From Promethearchaeota archaeon (GTDB taxonomy: Archaea > Asgardarchaeota > Lokiarchaeia > Sigyniarchaeales > SOKP01): a DNA stretch of 64,000 nucleotides. The position numbers and the translations under genes were made by a program. Where the stretch lies: the NCBI GenBank assembly GCA_030603385.1, contig JAUVXW010000024.1:1-64000 (forward strand), in the 5' to 3' direction. This document shows positions 61,014 to 64,000 of the stretch, one piece after another; positions within the stretch are counted from its first letter, which is position 1; every line of letters starts with the position of its first letter. A model generated the notes under the pieces. That model had not been told where the DNA came from, searched no databases, and saw only the letters and a list, made by a program, of their open reading frames with translations.

Positions 61014-61955
61014 ATGGTTAAATTAAAAGAAGCCTTAGATTCATGTCAAGAAGAATTCTTCCTTCCAGGAAATTCTTGTTGTGCTGGTTGTGGGCTTGAG
61101 ATAGCACTTAGGTGGGCAATAAAAGCATTAGGTCCTAATACAGCACTAGTAACACCTGCTTCGTGTTTAAATGTTGTGATTGGATTATGGCCCAAGACAG
61201 CACCTAATTTTCCCTTTACTAATATGGCATTTGCCGCAGCAGCCGCAGCTGCTACTGGTATGGAAGCTGCTTTTAAAGCTAAGGCATATAGATTTCCTAA
61301 TAAAGGATGGGATAATATAACATCATTGGTATTTGCAGGTGATGGAGGAACTGCTGATATTGGAATTCAAGGTTTAAGTGGCGCGGCGGAAAGGAATTCA
61401 AATATACTTTATGTGTGTTATGACAATGAAGCTTACATGAACACGGGGATCCAACGTTCTTCTAGTACACCCCATGGAGCGTTCACTACTACAACAACAA
61501 AAGGGAAAGAAAGATATAAGAAAAATCTTCCAGGAATATTAGCCGCACATGAAATACCTTATGTTGCAACATGTAGTATTAGTGAACCTCTTGATCTTTA
61601 TGATAAATTTAAAAAGGCTAAATCAATTAAGGGTTGTAAGTATATCCATATTTTAGCTCCTTGCCCTCCTGGTTGGGGTTATCAAAGTGAAGAATCAATA
61701 GAAGTGGCACGTTTAGCTGTAAAAACGGGCTCCTGGATCTTATATGAAGTTGAAAATGGTATCATGACACTATCTAAGAAAAGCAAATCATTATTGGATT
61801 CTTCAAAAAGAGCTCCATTAGTAGATTATCTTTCGAAACAAAAACGATTCTCACAAATATCTGAAAAAGATCTAATAGAGCTTCAAGAACACATAAAGCA
61901 TAATTGGGAACGAATTAATGTTGAATTAAGTTGCCAAGAACAATACCCAAAATAA
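61014..61955 (+). CDS. porB: 2-oxoacid:ferredoxin oxidoreductase beta subunit
   Basis: CAGCG, GDGG, DNEAYMNTGIQRS, PCPPGW. Confidence 0.93.
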   Translation: MVKLKEALDSCQEEFFLPGNSCCAGCGLEIALRWAIKALGPNTALVTPASCLNVVIGLWPKTAPNFPFTNMAFAAAAAAATGMEAAFKAKAYRFPNKGWDNITSLVFAGDGGTADIGIQGLSGAAERNSNILYVCYDNEAYMNTGIQRSSSTPHGAFTTTTTKGKERYKKNLPGILAAHEIPYVATCSISEPLDLYDKFKKAKSIKGCKYIHILAPCPPGWGYQSEESIEVARLAVKTGSWILYEVENGIMTLSKKSKSLLDSSKRAPLVDYLSKQKRFSQISEKDLIELQEHIKHNWERINVELSCQEQYPK

Positions 61956-61985
61956 TCTTTAAATTTATTCAATACTCTTTTTGTA

Positions 61986-63134
61986 TTATCGTCGTTCATT
62001 AGATCTAACCTTTTCTTTAAGCAACGGTTTTGGGATATCTATGGTTCCATTGATAAACTCTTCTGTTAAGCGATATGCCTGATCATCAGTATATTGGATT
62101 GGAGGATGTTTTGTAAAGTATGCAGAAGGGGAATATAGAACACCTCCTTCATTTCTATCAAGGGCTAATTTACAACATCTTATGGCATCTATTACAATAC
62201 CTGCAGAATTTGGTGAATCCTCAACTGAAAGGCGTAGTTCGAGGTTAATGGGAATATCTCCAAAAATATTACCTTCCATTCGGATGAAACAGATTTTATT
62301 ATCTTTTTGCCAAGGAACCCAATCGCTTGGTCCTATATGAATATTTTCATAACTTAAACGATCTGCTGTTTGTGATTGAACAGCCTCAGTTTTAGATACT
62401 TTTTTAGAGATTAATCTACTTCTATCAAGCATATTAAGAAAGTCTGTATTTCCTCCTGTATTGAGTTGATATGTTCGCATTAGTTTTACTCCTCTATTTT
62501 TGAAAAGATTAGTCAAAACTCGATGAATTATAGTAGCTCCAATCTGAGATTTGATATCATCTCCAATTATTGGGATTCCTTTCTTTTTGAATTTGATGCT
62601 CCACTTAGGATCACTAGCAATGAAGACAGGAATACAATTTATAAAACCAACTTCTGCTTCTAAAGCACATTCAGCATAAAATTTTGCAGCTTTTTCAGAA
62701 CCAACTGGTAAATAATTTATAACAATATCCACCTTAGAATTTTTAAGTTCTTGAACTATTTCTTTCTTTGTTGATTCTTTTTGAGTAGATAAAACGAAAG
62801 CATACTTTTCATCATAATTTTTCATATGTTCAACATAGCTATCTAATTTTCTTCCCATTTTGACAATAACGTTGGTATTTGGAATTTCTGCAAAAAATAT
62901 CTTAGTACAATTTGGTAGTTGAAAAATGGCTTCTGCAACATCCTTTCCCACTTTTCTTTGATCTATATCAAATGCAGCAACAACCTCAATATCTCCTGGC
63001 TTATAATTCCCAATATCCCAATGCATCAAACCAATGCAATTGTCTTGATTTTTACTTTTATAATATTCTATCCCCTGAATTAATGAACAAGCACAATTAC
63101 CAATTCCAGCAATTGCAATTTTAATTTTACTCAA
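61986..63134 (-). CDS. ino1: myo-inositol-1-phosphate synthase
   Basis: GIGNCA, YLPVGS, GDDIKSQ, GGNTDFLNM, DSPNSAG; SD AGGAGG with TTG start. Confidence 0.95.
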   Translation of the reverse strand: MSKIKIAIAGIGNCACSLIQGIEYYKSKNQDNCIGLMHWDIGNYKPGDIEVVAAFDIDQRKVGKDVAEAIFQLPNCTKIFFAEIPNTNVIVKMGRKLDSYVEHMKNYDEKYAFVLSTQKESTKKEIVQELKNSKVDIVINYLPVGSEKAAKFYAECALEAEVGFINCIPVFIASDPKWSIKFKKKGIPIIGDDIKSQIGATIIHRVLTNLFKNRGVKLMRTYQLNTGGNTDFLNMLDRSRLISKKVSKTEAVQSQTADRLSYENIHIGPSDWVPWQKDNKICFIRMEGNIFGDIPINLELRLSVEDSPNSAGIVIDAIRCCKLALDRNEGGVLYSPSAYFTKHPPIQYTDDQAYRLTEEFINGTIDIPKPLLKEKVRSNERR

Positions 63135-63156
63135 TCAAACATACCTCCTTTAATTT

Positions 63157-63468
63157 TTATGTTATATTGCTTATATTCGAATTATTTGCTTTTTTCATAT
63201 GCCTTATTGCTTGAATAGAATAAGTTATACTCGTGATGATTGCGTGAATACAAATTGAAAAAATAACAAATTTAAATTGACCAAAAATACCAAAAATTAA
63301 GATATGAAGGGTATAGATATTTCTTTCTAAAATCGAAACACCACATAATTTTTTCAAATAAAAAGGTTGATCTTTAATAAAAAATGGATTATTTGGTAAA
63401 ATAATAATGCCAATTAAATTAACGAAATGTTGATTTTCTAATTTGCTTTGTATGTTATCTTGTCTCAT
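63157..63468 (-). pseudogene. Probable internally deleted NTP-transferase/CDP-alcohol phosphotransferase gene
   Basis: KKLCGVSILERNIYTL (NTP-transferase-like start) joined directly to a hydrophobic tail LIFGIFGQF...; lies between the IPCT-like gene and ino1. Confidence 0.45.
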
Positions 63469-63469
63469 T

Positions 63470-64000
63470 TTATTCTTCCCTTTTATTCTTTTTTCCTTTA
63501 TGTGAGATATGCTTTGGAGGGGATAAACCAAAAGGATGTAAATTAGAAGAATCATTAAAAAGCTCTTTTAGCTGATGATATATTGAAGAATTATCTATAT
63601 CTACCCAAAGGACATTTGGAAAGTCAAAATAACCCACATTAAGCCCTGATTCTATTGCTAAAAGGATAACATTAGTTACCCCAAACTTATATGTATCTAA
63701 TTCTATTTCATGACAAATGTTTTGAATTGCTTTTGTCCTTAATAAAAATGCTCCCATGTCCAATCGGTTATATTTAGATATCTCTTTACCAATATCGATA
63801 ATAAAAGAATTAAGTCCGTATATTTTAGTAGCATCTTCTAATTTATAAGGGTCTTTTAAATTTATGGGATCTGTAGCTAAACAAACGTCATATCCCTTAT
63901 AATTCATTACCAATTGAGAAAAAATGTTTTCTGAGAAAATGTGGTCTGCCATTGATAATAATGTATATTCAGAGGAGATTGCATTCAAACCTAAGGAAAG
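63470..64000 (-). CDS. Sugar-phosphate nucleotidyltransferase (IPCT-like), 5'-truncated by window
   Basis: SMADHIF, LEDATKI, IGKEI..YNRLDMGAF, WVDID. Confidence 0.8.
   Translation of the reverse strand, partial: LSLGLNAISSEYTLLSMADHIFSENIFSQLVMNYKGYDVCLATDPINLKDPYKLEDATKIYGLNSFIIDIGKEISKYNRLDMGAFLLRTKAIQNICHEIELDTYKFGVTNVILLAIESGLNVGYFDFPNVLWVDIDNSSIYHQLKELFNDSSNLHPFGLSPPKHISHKGKKNKREE

Noticed and set aside
1-64000. Numerous 60-125-aa antisense ORFs inside long genes; IS elements, integrases, rRNA
   Set aside because: The short ORFs are shadows of well-supported genes; no transposase, integrase or rRNA signature was seen.

Overview
AT-rich archaeal chromosome segment, most consistent with an Asgard archaeon (Lokiarchaeia). 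Evidence for this is a Lokiactin-type actin, a Rab-like GTPase, a roadblock protein and an SDS22-like LRR protein alongside archaeal core genes (rpo6, Hef, SRP54, aIF5A, Nob1, FEN1, Cdc48, ZPR1). Metabolic genes include an HdrA/MvhD-FlxDCBA electron-bifurcation cluster, purB/purM, nadC, pyrC, TldD/PmbA, a PPi-type PFK, porCDAB and an inositol-phosphate cluster. The top finding is a UDP-glucuronate-decarboxylase-like gene split by a 31-nt insert (22614-22644). The insert folds into a relaxed bulge-helix-bulge (BHB) motif, and cutting it at the standard archaeal splicing-endonuclease positions exactly restores the frame and the conserved VNPxGPRSCYDE motif, which makes it a candidate tRNA-type intron in an Asgard mRNA. 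A nearby tRNA-Val(CAC) carries two non-canonical BHB introns of similar size (32 and 30 nt). Secondary observations are non-AUG starts, GC-mosaic patches in and near actin, gene-end scars, a DapA-pseudoenzyme/kinase fusion and a zinc-ribbon tandem repeat. All calls were made by eye from sequence and motif recall; no searches were run.
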